64,000 nt of DNA from Clostridia bacterium (GTDB taxonomy: Bacteria; Bacillota; Clostridia; Oscillospirales; CAG-272). How positions within the stretch are numbered: position 1 is the stretch's first letter; the number at the start of each line of letters is the position of its first letter. Of this stretch, positions 9,162 to 19,238 are shown piece after piece. The position numbers and the translations under genes were made by a program. The DNA lies in the NCBI GenBank assembly GCA_017505785.1, contig JAFVOQ010000020.1:13489-77488 (forward strand), read 5' to 3'. The notes beneath the pieces were generated by a model that did no database searches, was not told the DNA's origin, and saw only the letters and a program-made list of their open reading frames with translations.

Positions 9162-10238
9162 TCAGTCAAAATAACCTTCTTTGTGCAAGAGCTCTGCAAT
9201 GAGAACTGCACCGCCTGCGGCGCCGCGCAGGGTGTTGTGAGAAAGGCCTACAAACTTATAATCATAAACGCTATCCTCACGAAGTCTGCCGACTGTTACG
9301 CCCATGCCGCCGTAGATGTCGCGATCAAGCGCGGCTTGAGGACGGTTATCCTCCTCAAAGTAAGTGATAAACTGCTCGGGCGCGTGGGGGAGCTTCAGCT
9401 CCTGGGGCTTACCCTTGAAGTTTTTCCAAGCGGCAAGAATTTGCTCCTTGGTGGGCTTTTTGCGGAATTTTACAAACACAGCGGCGGTATGGCCGTCGGT
9501 TACGGGCACGCGAATGCACTGGGTGGTAATGGTGATACCCTCGCGCTTCACGATCTCGCCGTTCTTGACCTCGCCCCAAACACGCAGGGGCTCCTGCTCG
9601 CTCTTTTCCTCCTCGCCACCGATAAAGGGAATGACGTTATCGATCATTTCGGGCCATTCCTTAAAGGTCTTACCTGCGCCGGAAATTGCCTGATAGGTGG
9701 TAGCGACCACCTCGTAGGGCTCGAACTCAAGGAGTGCGGTAAGGGCGGGCACATAGGACTGGATCGAGCAGTTGGGCTTAACGGCAACGAAGCCGCGCTT
9801 GGTGCCAAGGCGCTTTCTTTGCGCCTCGATAACGGCGAGGTGTCCGTCGTTGATTTCGGGGATCACCATCGGCACGTCGGGGGTCCAGCGGTGTGCGGAG
9901 TTGTTCGATACCACGGGGATCTCTGCCTTAGCATACGCATCCTCAAGGGCGCGGATATCCTCTTTTTTCATATCCACAGCACAGAACACCATGCTGCAAA
10001 GTGCCTTCATTTCCTCAATGTTGGCGGCATCGTGCACCACCATATCGGCGGCGTATGCAGGCATGGGGGTCTTCAGCTTCCAGCGATCGCCCACTGCCTC
10101 ACGGTAGGTTTTGCCGGCAGAGCGTGCGGATGCGGCAAGTGCGGTTACTTCAAAATAAGGGTGATTATCAAGCAGGGTGAGGAAACGCTGTCCCACCATG
10201 CCCGTGGCGCCAATTACGCCAACCTTGCGTTTGGTCAT
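9162..10238 (-). CDS. asd: aspartate-semialdehyde dehydrogenase
   Basis: 358 aa beginning VGVIGATGMVGQRF at the N-terminus, with the active-site region KPNCSIQ. Length and motifs fit Asd. Confidence 0.9.
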   Translation of the reverse strand: MTKRKVGVIGATGMVGQRFLTLLDNHPYFEVTALAASARSAGKTYREAVGDRWKLKTPMPAYAADMVVHDAANIEEMKALCSMVFCAVDMKKEDIRALEDAYAKAEIPVVSNNSAHRWTPDVPMVIPEINDGHLAVIEAQRKRLGTKRGFVAVKPNCSIQSYVPALTALLEFEPYEVVATTYQAISGAGKTFKEWPEMIDNVIPFIGGEEEKSEQEPLRVWGEVKNGEIVKREGITITTQCIRVPVTDGHTAAVFVKFRKKPTKEQILAAWKNFKGKPQELKLPHAPEQFITYFEEDNRPQAALDRDIYGGMGVTVGRLREDSVYDYKFVGLSHNTLRGAAGGAVLIAELLHKEGYFD

Positions 10239-10319
10239 GGTAAATCTCCTTTTGGAAAATCAAAATAATAAACAAATTGTAGCATACAGTGCATAAAAAA
10301 TCAAGGGGTTTGCGTGATT

Positions 10320-11186
10320 TTATTGATGTAAAATGCGGTAAAGCTCATTTTTTTGCATACCGCGCTCCTTTGCTGCCGCTTTGATAGCATTCATGCGTGT
10401 CATACCCTGCTTTTCATAATATGCAACGTGGTCGGCAGGGGAGAGTGCAAGCAGTGGGGAGGGGGAGGAGTCTGCCGCTTTGCCGTCGCCGCCTGCTACG
10501 ATCAGCACGTACTCGCCGCGCGGGTCAATTTCGTTGTAATGGGCGATCGCACCCTCAAGGGTGGTGCGCAAAATTTCCTCGTTTCGCTTGGTAAGCTCGC
10601 GGCAAAGTGCTATGGTGCGCGCCTCGCCGAACACCGTCAAAAAGGCATCCAGCGTTTCGCGTAAGCGGTGCGGTGCCTCGTGAAAGATCATGGTACGTGT
10701 TTCACTTTTTAATGCCTCAAGGCGCAGGCGAAGCTCCTTTTTTTCGCGCGGCAAAAATCCCTCAAAGCAAAAGCGCGCGGTGGGAAGACCCGAGAGCGCG
10801 AGTGCGGTAAGGCCTGCACAGCAGCCGGGGACGGCGGTAACGGGAACACCTTCCTTGGCGGCAAGCGCCACGAGATCCTCTCCGGGGTCGCTGATAGCGG
10901 GTGTGCCCGCATCGGTCACAAGCGCACAGCTCTCACCGCCAAGCAGTCGCTCTACGATCAGGGGGCCTCGCTCACGGCGATTGTGGTCGTGGTAGGATAC
11001 AAGGGGGCGCGAGATGCCAAAGGCGGCAAGGAGTCTTGCGGTATTGCGGGTATCCTCTGCCGCGATAAAGTCAACCTCGGCAAGCGTTTTCTTGGCACGG
11101 TCCGACAGATCCCCAAGATTGCCGATCGGCGTGGCGACCAAGTAGAGCGTGCCGCCCATAATGCGGTTTTTTTCTTCATTTAACAT
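10320..11186 (-). CDS. rsmI: 16S rRNA (cytidine1402-2'-O)-methyltransferase RsmI
   Basis: 288 aa with GTLYLVATPIGNLGDLSDRA...IAAEDTRNT. It shows synteny with yabB, ricT and holB. Confidence 0.9.
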   Translation of the reverse strand: MLNEEKNRIMGGTLYLVATPIGNLGDLSDRAKKTLAEVDFIAAEDTRNTARLLAAFGISRPLVSYHDHNRRERGPLIVERLLGGESCALVTDAGTPAISDPGEDLVALAAKEGVPVTAVPGCCAGLTALALSGLPTARFCFEGFLPREKKELRLRLEALKSETRTMIFHEAPHRLRETLDAFLTVFGEARTIALCRELTKRNEEILRTTLEGAIAHYNEIDPRGEYVLIVAGGDGKAADSSPSPLLALSPADHVAYYEKQGMTRMNAIKAAAKERGMQKNELYRILHQ

Positions 11187-11268
11187 GGACAGATCCTTTC
11201 TCGCGCGGTGACACGGTGCGATTTTGCATCATAAGATGATTGTGAGAACTTTTGGAAAGGGTGAGCGA

Positions 11269-11835
11269 ATGGCAATTAAAATTTATATCGATCAGGGGCA
11301 TAACCCCGTCAATCCCAATGCGGGTGCCGAGGGCAACGGACTTCGGGAGCAAAACATTGTTTACCGCATCGGGCAGGAGCTTGCCACGCTGCTGCGACAA
11401 AGCGGAAACTATGAGGTACGGCTTTCCCGCCCGACGGCGCAAACACAGCTCGGTACATCCAATGCCACCAGCCTGCGTGTGCGTACAAACGAGGCAAACA
11501 GCTGGGGGGCAGACTATTTTATCAGCCTGCACACAAATGCCTCGGAGCTTGCCGCCGCTACGGGAAGCGAGGCGTTTGTGTTTTCCCTCGGTGGCGTGGC
11601 GGATGCCCTTGCAAGCGATATCTTAGCGGCGTTGCAGCGCGAAACGGGTCTTCCCAATCGCGGCGTGTTTGCGCGCCCCTCGCTGTACGTATTAAAGCGC
11701 ACGAATATGCCCGCTACGCTCCTTGAGCTTGGCTTTATCACCAACGCGCGTGATGCGCGCTTGATGAACGAGGAGCCCGAGCTTTTCGCCAGAGGCATTT
11801 ATGAGGGGATCGTGGCATACACGGGCTTAGCGTAA
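11269..11835 (+). CDS. N-acetylmuramoyl-L-alanine amidase (Amidase_3 family)
   Basis: ATG at 11269 (MAIKIYIDQGHNP...). Motifs include ADYFISLHTNAS and LLELGFITN. Confidence 0.85.
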   Translation: MAIKIYIDQGHNPVNPNAGAEGNGLREQNIVYRIGQELATLLRQSGNYEVRLSRPTAQTQLGTSNATSLRVRTNEANSWGADYFISLHTNASELAAATGSEAFVFSLGGVADALASDILAALQRETGLPNRGVFARPSLYVLKRTNMPATLLELGFITNARDARLMNEEPELFARGIYEGIVAYTGLA

Positions 11836-11863
11836 TAAAGCACCGTAAAGGCGCAAAACGGTA

Positions 11864-12619
11864 TCAAAAAATGCCGTTTTGATAGATTTGCTGTGCGCGC
11901 GGTGAAAGTGCGGGATCCCCCGTGTTTTCGTGCAAAAACAGCGGCGGCAGTATCACAAGCCCCTCGCCTGCGCCCTTTTTGGCTTCAAGCAAGACCATGG
12001 CAGGGGCGGCGGTGGGGTTATCGTGTACAAAAACCATGCGCTTGGGTGCCAATTTGTGCATATGCAGTGCCGCAAAAAGGCTTTCAAGACGGTCGGGGCG
12101 ATAGACTGTGTAAAAAAGCCCCCCGTATTTGAGGCACCGTGCAGCGGCTGCCGTAAATTCGGCAATGCCGCCGTCGGTTTCGTGCCGTGCGGTTTGCTTG
12201 GCACTGTGAGGAGAAGCAAGCCCGGAGTCGGTACGCATATAGGGGGGATTGGCAAACACGGCACAAACCTCGCCGCCAAGTGCGGCGGCATTCAAGCGGC
12301 GCACGTCGTTTTGCTGCACAGCAATGCGATCCGTGAGGCTGTTGAGGGCTACGTTTCGCGCAGTCAAGTCTGCCATTTCGGGTTGAATTTCGATAGCGGT
12401 TATGTGAGAAAAGCGACCCCGTGCAGCTGCCAAAAGCGAAATGATGCCGTTGCCGCAGCCAAGCTCTGCCGCACGCTCACGCGGTGCGGGGCGCAAAAAG
12501 GCAGAGAGCAGAAAGGCATCGGTGCCAAAGGCAAGCGCGTTCTTTTTTTGAATTAAGCGGAGCTTTTCGTTTACCTCGTCAAGTCGCTCGTCCTGAGCCA
12601 GCAAAATTTCGTGATGCAT
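11864..12619 (-). CDS. SAM-dependent N6-adenine methyltransferase, YabB/TrmN6-like
   Basis: 251 aa with the SAM motif ELGCGNG and the NPPY motif (FANPPYM). It lies between rsmI and ricT, as yabB does in Bacillus. Confidence 0.8.
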   Translation of the reverse strand: MHHEILLAQDERLDEVNEKLRLIQKKNALAFGTDAFLLSAFLRPAPRERAAELGCGNGIISLLAAARGRFSHITAIEIQPEMADLTARNVALNSLTDRIAVQQNDVRRLNAAALGGEVCAVFANPPYMRTDSGLASPHSAKQTARHETDGGIAEFTAAAARCLKYGGLFYTVYRPDRLESLFAALHMHKLAPKRMVFVHDNPTAAPAMVLLEAKKGAGEGLVILPPLFLHENTGDPALSPRAQQIYQNGIF

Positions 12620-12824
12620 AATACTCCTTTTTCATAAAGCGAGGTGTGTTGGTTTGATAAAGGGGGGCGAGCACTGCTTCAAACATAAGTAAAATTGAAA
12701 TTTGCAGAATTTCTGCGAAAAAACCGCTTCCTCTGTTGCGTTGGCAATAGAAAAAGCGGTTTCTTTTTTTGTTTTTGTGTTTTTTGCTCGGCGCTAAAAA
12801 GCAGCCCCCGCTTTTTTGGCTTGA

Positions 12825-12995
12825 TTATTCAGCCTGGGGAGCACCAACGGGGCATACACCCTCGCAAGCACCGCACTCAACGCAAAGATCGGGATTGATC
12901 TCGTATTTGTCAGCACCCTCTTTGATTGCCTCAACGGGGCATTCGGACTGGCATGCGCCGCAGGAAATGCAAGCATCGGTAATTTTGTAAGCCAT
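12825..12995 (-). CDS. fdx: 2x[4Fe-4S] ferredoxin
   Basis: 56 aa (MAYKITDACISCGACQSECPVEAI...CVECGACEGVCPVGAP) with two CxxCxxCxxxCP motifs and a GGAGG RBS. The 107-aa track ORF carries a spurious N-terminal extension. Confidence 0.9.
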   Translation of the reverse strand: MAYKITDACISCGACQSECPVEAIKEGADKYEINPDLCVECGACEGVCPVGAPQAE

Positions 12996-13027
12996 GATAA
13001 GTACCTCCATAAAAATTGTATCACATG

Positions 13028-13042
13028 ATGATATGATATCAT
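13028..13042. promoter_or_regulatory. perfect 7-1-7 palindrome ATGATAT-G-ATATCAT upstream of ferredoxin (Fur/PerR-like box?)
   Basis: Read directly from the sequence, about 35 nt upstream of the fdx start. It resembles the Fur-family 7-1-7 consensus TGATAAT-N-ATTATCA. Which regulator binds it is unknown. Confidence 0.3.
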
Positions 13043-13153
13043 TGTAACATATTTTTTCAAAAATGCAACTGTTTTTGACAAAAAAGTTTGAATAAATTTT
13101 TGTAAGACCTGTTTTAATTATACACGCCTGCCTGTGGCAAACATGCAAACGAT

Positions 13154-14638
13154 TTAGCCCTTTTCGCTTTCGTCAGCACTTGCTTTTTGGGGTGCCTGAA
13201 CGGTAAGCGTATCGCGGTGGTAGGCTGTGGGCGCGACGTCGGGCGCGCTGTCAAGGCGCACCTTTACCATGCCCGAAAGCGGCGCGGTTTCAACCACAGT
13301 GCCGGGTCCCTCCGGCGTTGTAACGCGCGTATCCTTTTTGGGGGTGAGTGCCAGCTCGGCGGCATAGCTTTCCTGCTCGTAGCGCAAGCAGCACATAAGG
13401 CGTCCGCAGCAGCCCGAAATTTTTGAGGTGTTGATAGAAAGACCTTGCTCCTTTGCCATTTTCACCGATACCTGGCCGAAATCGGAAAGGAAGGTGGTGC
13501 AGCAGAAGGGTCTGCCACACATGCCAAGCCCACCAATGAGGCGCGACTCGTCGCGAATGCCGATCTGACGGAGCTCGATGCGTGTGCGGAACATGCCTGC
13601 AAGATCGCGCACCAGCTCACGGAAATCCACGCGCCCCTCGGCAGTGAAATAAAAGAGCAGCTTAGAGTTATCAAAGGTGTACTGTGCATCGACCAAATTC
13701 ATATCAAGCTTATGCGCCGCGATCTTTTCGGCGCAGATCTTTAATGCCTCTGCCTCCTTGGCACGGTTTTGAGCGTTGTGTGCGGTATCCTCCTCGGTGG
13801 CACGGCGCAAAACAGAGCGCAGGGGCTGCACGATGTCCTTTTCCGCCATTCTGCGGTTCAGCATCACGACCTCGCCGTACTCCGCGCCGCGCGCGGTATC
13901 CACGATCGCCGCTTCGCCGATGCGAAAACGCTCGTTGCCGGGTGCAAAAAAGTAGACCTTGCCTGCCCCTCTGAAGCGAACGCCGATCACCTCCACCGCC
14001 TTGCCGTCTGGCACGGGGAAGCCGCAGGGCACGTCCTCAACCAAGTATGCTGCGGTGGCAATATCCACTTCAAATTCTTTGGTGCTTACCGCCTCGTTTT
14101 CTGCCAGCTTTTTCTCTGCCATGGCAACGGGAGAAAGGAAGGAAAGGGTAGGCGCGGAGGAGAATTGTGCATCAAGCTCTTTTTGCAGTGATTCGCTGAT
14201 CTCGGGCGCGGGCTTGGCTTTTGGAGCAGGTGCCTGCTGAGGTCTTACCTCACCGTGACGGCTTTGCTTGTCGTTTTGGTGGCGGCGATCCCTGCGATCC
14301 CCTCGGGTTTTGTTGATTTTCTCCTCGCTTGCTTGCTTTTGGGGGGCAGCGGGGCGATTTTTTGCCGTGCTTTGCTGCTCGGCACTCGGCGCGTTGGCGG
14401 CAGAATGTCCGCGGCCGTGTCGGTTGCCTCTGTGGCGGTTACGCCTTTTGGCGTTGCCGGCGTTGCGCCCTTGCTCGTTGCTGCCCTCGCGGGCGGCAGC
14501 TTTTTCAGGCGCGCGTGCCTCAGCCCCTTCTTGGCGAGCCTGACCCGTGGGCTTGCCGGGAATAATAAAATTGCCGGGGCGAACCGAAATGCGGGGCTCC
14601 CCCTCTTTTCTTTCAGTTTTTTTCTTTTGTTTTTCCAT
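13154..14638 (-). CDS. ricT: PSP1-domain protein RicT/YaaT with a long basic N-terminal extension
   Basis: 494 aa. The C-terminal ~290 aa match the PSP1/YaaT pattern (…YTFDNSKLLFYFTAEGRVDFRELVRDL…CGRPFCC…CGRLMCCLRYE). GGAG RBS sits 6 nt before the ATG at 14638, which lies 35 nt after the holB stop. Confidence 0.85.
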   Translation of the reverse strand: MEKQKKKTERKEGEPRISVRPGNFIIPGKPTGQARQEGAEARAPEKAAAREGSNEQGRNAGNAKRRNRHRGNRHGRGHSAANAPSAEQQSTAKNRPAAPQKQASEEKINKTRGDRRDRRHQNDKQSRHGEVRPQQAPAPKAKPAPEISESLQKELDAQFSSAPTLSFLSPVAMAEKKLAENEAVSTKEFEVDIATAAYLVEDVPCGFPVPDGKAVEVIGVRFRGAGKVYFFAPGNERFRIGEAAIVDTARGAEYGEVVMLNRRMAEKDIVQPLRSVLRRATEEDTAHNAQNRAKEAEALKICAEKIAAHKLDMNLVDAQYTFDNSKLLFYFTAEGRVDFRELVRDLAGMFRTRIELRQIGIRDESRLIGGLGMCGRPFCCTTFLSDFGQVSVKMAKEQGLSINTSKISGCCGRLMCCLRYEQESYAAELALTPKKDTRVTTPEGPGTVVETAPLSGMVKVRLDSAPDVAPTAYHRDTLTVQAPQKASADESEKG

Positions 14639-14673
14639 TGTTTACTCCAGGCCCTCGATTTGTCGAGGGAGCT

Positions 14674-15720
14674 TTATGTGGTGAATAGCTGTGCTTGCAG
14701 GCGCGTGAGCGCAAGACGCACGTTTGCGTTTGCGGCAAGTGCCTCCTTCGTTTCCTCCACAGCACAGGAAATAAGAAGCAGTCTTGCGGTAGTGAAGGAT
14801 GTGGCAAGCTCAATCGCTTGCTCGCGGTTGGTAAAAAACAGTAGGGGTGCATGCTCGGTGCGCGAGAGCAGCGTGAGGTCACGCAGTGCAAGCAAAAGCG
14901 TTGTCATGCGTGCATTCAACTCCTCGCGGCTTGCACCAAACGACCGAAAAAGCAAAAACAGCTCATCCTGTGCGGTGTGCGCGGCAAGCAAACGAAGTAT
15001 CCTTGCGGTATCCTCCCTTTGCTGCATCAGGGGTGCGCGTTTTTTGGAGTCGAGCAGGGTCAGTGCCTCGCCGATCGATCCTGCCGAGAGGGTGAGAAGT
15101 GCCTCAAATTCCTCGGGGTGCTCTTGAAGCAGCGTGGGTGCGCCGCCCGCAATACCTGCAGGGGAAGCTGTAAGATAGCTGCGCATGGCATCACGGCTAA
15201 GGGGCTGCAAGCGAAAAACAGGCGCACGTGAGCGCACGGTTTCAAGCAGGGCACCGGCATCCTCCGAGAGCAGCAAAAAAAGTACAAACGAGGGCGGCTC
15301 CTCCAGTGTAAGAAGCAACGCATTTTGCGCTTGCTTGGTCATGGTATGTGCATCCTCAATGATGTAGACCTTTACATCAAGGTCATTGGGCACGGTAGCA
15401 AGCCCCTCGCGCAGGGCTCTTACGGTGTCCACACTCATGGTGGTGCGTCCCTCGGGCTTTGACACGGTGATCACGTCAAGGCAATTGTCGGCTGCGATCT
15501 TGCGGCAGGATCGGCAGATGCCGCACGGCAAGGGGTGGGATTTACTTTGGCGGTTTTCGCACGCCGCCGCCATTGCCATTTGACGGGCAAGCAGGTGCTT
15601 GCCGTATCCGCGCCCTCCCTCTAAAATATAGGCGTGGGAAAAGGAGCCCTCACAAAATTCCGCACCGATGCGGCGGCGCAGCGACTCGTTGCCGCAGATG
15701 TCGGGAAAGAAAGATTTCAT
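14674..15720 (-). CDS. holB: DNA polymerase III subunit delta'
   Basis: ATG at 15720 (MKSFFPDICGNESLRRR...) with a GGAGG RBS. Motifs include AYILEGGRGYGKH and the zinc module PCGICRSCRKI. Confidence 0.85.
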   Translation of the reverse strand: MKSFFPDICGNESLRRRIGAEFCEGSFSHAYILEGGRGYGKHLLARQMAMAAACENRQSKSHPLPCGICRSCRKIAADNCLDVITVSKPEGRTTMSVDTVRALREGLATVPNDLDVKVYIIEDAHTMTKQAQNALLLTLEEPPSFVLFLLLSEDAGALLETVRSRAPVFRLQPLSRDAMRSYLTASPAGIAGGAPTLLQEHPEEFEALLTLSAGSIGEALTLLDSKKRAPLMQQREDTARILRLLAAHTAQDELFLLFRSFGASREELNARMTTLLLALRDLTLLSRTEHAPLLFFTNREQAIELATSFTTARLLLISCAVEETKEALAANANVRLALTRLQAQLFTT

Positions 15721-16055
15721 GCGCACGCCTCCTTCTTTGCGATCAAGGCTGACAGCCGAAGAGGCGAGCCGCACGGGCTCGACTCCTCCGGGCGATACCT
15801 TCAAAATAATATTATAGCAAAATAAGTTTACAATGTCAATCCCGTAAGGCAATGAAGTTTGTGACAAGTTTTCTCGCTACCGCAGGTTGCCGAAATTTGT
15901 GGAAAAAATTAGAAATTCTGTTAAAAAAATGCAAAATTTGTTGAATTTACTCATATAAAGTATTTCAAAAAATCTTGTGTTTTAAAAATGTATATGTTAT
16001 AATATAATCAGGTATATCGACATACCGTTTTATCAAGACGAAATGAGGTGATAGC

Positions 16056-17972
16056 ATGCAGCAAAACGGAGATCTTGCGCCGTATTTGTTTCATCAAGGT
16101 ACAAATTTTGAGGCCCATGCCTATCTTGGTGTACATAAGACCGAGGAAGGATATGTTTTCCGCGTTTGGGCGCCGCACGCTATTGCCGCTTTTGTTGTGG
16201 GAGATTTTAACGGTTGGACGGAATGCGACCCCATGCAGCGCGCAACCGAGGGTGGCGTGTTTGAATGCATGGTGTCAACCGAACGTTTTGGCAAGGGTTG
16301 TCTTTATAAATTTAAAATGAAGACACCGCACGGTGACGTTTACAAGGCAGATCCTTACGGCACCTGTGCCGGGCAATACCCCGAAACAGCCTCGATCTAT
16401 TTTGATATTGATGGCTACGCTTGGCGCGATGAGGGTTGGCTTCGCTACCGTCGCCGTGAAGCAAAAAAGCCGATCGTTTCTCGCCCGCTTAACATCTACG
16501 AGGTGCACCTTGGCTCTTGGAAAAAGCACCAAGACGGCAGCTACTGCACTTACGAGGAGATCGCGCGCGAGCTTGCACCCTACGTGAAGCAAATGGGCTA
16601 CACGCACGTGGAGCTGCTTCCCGTTATGGAGCATCCGTATGACGGCTCCTGGGGCTACCAGGTAACAGGATATTTTGCGCCAACCTCACGCTTTGGCACA
16701 CCGCATGATTTTATGGCGTTTGTAGACGTCATGCATGAGGCGGGCATCGGCGTGATCCTTGACTGGGTCCCTGCGCATTTTCCAAAGGATGCACAAGGGC
16801 TTTACGAGTTTGACGGTCAGCCGCTTTACGAGTATCAGGGCAGGGACCGCATGGAGCACCGCGGTTGGGGCACACGTTGCTTTGACGTAGGACGTGAGGA
16901 GGTACAAAGCTTTCTCATTTCCAATGCGAGCTACTGGGCGGAGAAATATCACATCGACGGCTTGCGTGTGGATGCAGTTGCATCGATGCTCTACCTCGAT
17001 TATGACCGCTTGCCCGGGGAGTGGGTGCCGAACGTGTATGGCGACAACCGCAATCTTGAGGCAATGGCGTTCTTCCGCAAGCTCAACGCCCATATGAGAG
17101 GTGCCTTTCCCGACGTTTTGATGATCGCCGAGGAATCTACGGCATGGGGCAACATTACCGGCTTTGAAAACGACGGCCTTGGGTTTACCCTGAAATGGAA
17201 TATGGGGTGGATGAACGATACGCTCTCGTATGCCGAGGCGGATCCGATCTACCGCAAATATAACCACGGCAAGCTGACCTTCTCACTCTCCTATGCGTTT
17301 GGAGAAAAATATGTATTGCCCATTTCTCACGACGAGGTGGTGCACGGCAAGAAATCCTTCCTTGACCGCAACCCGGGCACTTATCGGGAGAAATTTGCGG
17401 GCGCACGCGCGCATTTGGCCTATATGATGACGCATCCCGGCAAAAAGCTGCTGTTTATGGGCAGTGAGATCGCGCAATTCCGTGAGTGGGACTATGAAAA
17501 TGAGCTCGAATGGTTTTTGCTTGACTACCCCATGCATGCCGCATTTCAGCAATATGTGGCGGCACTCAATCACCTTTACCTTAAAACACCCGCGCTCTTT
17601 GAGCAGGACGGCGGTTGGGAGGGCTTCCGGTGGATCGACCCTGACAACTGCGACCAGAGCGTGATCTCCTATCGCCGCATCGACAAGCGTGGTAGGGAGG
17701 TGGTGGTTTTGATCAACTTCACACCCGTTTTGCGCGACAATTTCCGCGTGGGGTTGCCCGTGCACGGTGTGTGGGAGGAGATCCTTAACTCCGATGCTGC
17801 CTCTTTTGGTGGCGCAGATCTTTTAAACGGGGGAGAGCTTCGCACCGAGCAAGTGCCCATGCACGGTCTTGCCCAATCGGTCAAGCTGACGCTGCCTCCT
17901 CTTAGTGCGGTGTTTCTTTCCTGCCGCCGCAAATTCCCACAAAGGAGAGTTAAAAAAGAAAAAACACAGTAA
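16056..17972 (+). CDS. glgB: 1,4-alpha-glucan branching enzyme
   Basis: 638 aa with GH13 branching-enzyme motifs (DWVPAHF, GLRVDAVASMLY, IAEESTAW). First gene of the glg operon. Confidence 0.95.
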   Translation: MQQNGDLAPYLFHQGTNFEAHAYLGVHKTEEGYVFRVWAPHAIAAFVVGDFNGWTECDPMQRATEGGVFECMVSTERFGKGCLYKFKMKTPHGDVYKADPYGTCAGQYPETASIYFDIDGYAWRDEGWLRYRRREAKKPIVSRPLNIYEVHLGSWKKHQDGSYCTYEEIARELAPYVKQMGYTHVELLPVMEHPYDGSWGYQVTGYFAPTSRFGTPHDFMAFVDVMHEAGIGVILDWVPAHFPKDAQGLYEFDGQPLYEYQGRDRMEHRGWGTRCFDVGREEVQSFLISNASYWAEKYHIDGLRVDAVASMLYLDYDRLPGEWVPNVYGDNRNLEAMAFFRKLNAHMRGAFPDVLMIAEESTAWGNITGFENDGLGFTLKWNMGWMNDTLSYAEADPIYRKYNHGKLTFSLSYAFGEKYVLPISHDEVVHGKKSFLDRNPGTYREKFAGARAHLAYMMTHPGKKLLFMGSEIAQFREWDYENELEWFLLDYPMHAAFQQYVAALNHLYLKTPALFEQDGGWEGFRWIDPDNCDQSVISYRRIDKRGREVVVLINFTPVLRDNFRVGLPVHGVWEEILNSDAASFGGADLLNGGELRTEQVPMHGLAQSVKLTLPPLSAVFLSCRRKFPQRRVKKEKTQ

Positions 17973-18041
17973 ATATCCCCGCAAATCCCCTTTTTGAACC
18001 CCGCAATGCTACAATGCAATAAAAACCATGGAGGACATAGT

Positions 18042-19238
18042 ATGTTCAAGAAGAAAGAATGTGTGGCAATGCTGCTTGCCGGCGGGCAAGGCAGCCGACT
18101 TTACGCATTGACTGATAAAACGGCAAAGCCTGCCGTAACCTTCGGCGGCAAATACCGTATTATAGATTTCCCCCTTTCCAACTGCGTTAACTCGGGGCTT
18201 GATACCGTGGGCGTGCTGACGCAGTATCAGCCCCTTGTACTGAACGAGTATATCGGCACGGGTCTGCCGTGGGATCTTGACCGCAGCTACGGCGGTGTAA
18301 ACATCCTGCCCCCCTATCAGGGAAAGGGCGGTGCCGATTGGTACAGCGGCACGGCAAATGCCATTTATCAAAACATGCAATTCATCGAGCGTTACGATGC
18401 AGAGTACGTGCTGATCCTTTCGGGTGACCATATCTATCATATGGATTACTCCAAAATGATCGACTATCATAAGGAAACGGGTGCTGCGTGCACCATTGCC
18501 GTGCTTGACGTGCCGCTTTCTGAGGCAAGCCGCTTCGGTATTATGAGCACGCACGATGACGGTACGATCTATAAGTTTACCGAAAAGCCCAAAAATCCCG
18601 ACAGCACCAAGGCGTCCATGGGCATTTACGTATTTACGCGCAAAAAGCTGTTTGACTATTTGATCGCAGATGCAAAGGATCCCAAATCCGCTAACGATTT
18701 CGGAAAAAATATTATCCCCACAATGCTTGCTGCCGGCGAGAAGATGATGGCGTATTCCTTTGAGGGCTACTGGAAGGATGTGGGCACCATCGACTCTTTG
18801 TGGGAGGCGAACATGGATATTCTCGGAGAGGATCCTGTTTTAAAGCTTCACGACGGCAATCATCGCGTGCTTTCCCGCCATGAAAATGCGCCGCCCCAAT
18901 ACATCGGCCCCAATGCGGTGATCGAAAACGCATCGATCACAGAGGGCTGTGAGATCCTTGGCACGGTGAAAAACTCGGTATTGGGTGAAAACGTGCGCGT
19001 TATGGAGGGTGCCGTGGTGGAGGATGCAGTGATCATGGGTGACTGTATCATTCACGAGGGTGCGCATGTATCCTACGCGATCATTGACCGAGATGTAAAG
19101 ATTTGTAAGGGTGCCGTTGTCGGCAAGCCGAGAAGTGAGGCAAAGGGCATCGCCGTGATCGGCGAGGGTGTTGTTATTGAGGAAAACGGTGTCGCAAAGG
19201 ACGGCGAGATCATTTCGGATAAGGGAGGTGCAAGGTAA
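18042..19238 (+). CDS. glgC: glucose-1-phosphate adenylyltransferase
   Basis: ATG at 18042 after GGAGGA. The sequence reads [23 protein letters not shown]...GTANAIYQN. Confidence 0.95.
   Translation: MFKKKECVAMLLAGGQGSRLYALTDKTAKPAVTFGGKYRIIDFPLSNCVNSGLDTVGVLTQYQPLVLNEYIGTGLPWDLDRSYGGVNILPPYQGKGGADWYSGTANAIYQNMQFIERYDAEYVLILSGDHIYHMDYSKMIDYHKETGAACTIAVLDVPLSEASRFGIMSTHDDGTIYKFTEKPKNPDSTKASMGIYVFTRKKLFDYLIADAKDPKSANDFGKNIIPTMLAAGEKMMAYSFEGYWKDVGTIDSLWEANMDILGEDPVLKLHDGNHRVLSRHENAPPQYIGPNAVIENASITEGCEILGTVKNSVLGENVRVMEGAVVEDAVIMGDCIIHEGAHVSYAIIDRDVKICKGAVVGKPRSEAKGIAVIGEGVVIEENGVAKDGEIISDKGGAR

Noticed and set aside
9183-10268. 361-aa plus-strand ORF opposite asd
   Set aside because: The minus-strand frame encodes a full Asd with catalytic motifs. 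The plus-strand product is Gly/Ala/Leu-rich and shows no recognisable motifs.
14255-15127. 290-aa plus-strand ORF across the ricT/holB junction
   Set aside because: It spans two independently supported minus-strand genes and their intergenic spacer, and its sequence is low-complexity.
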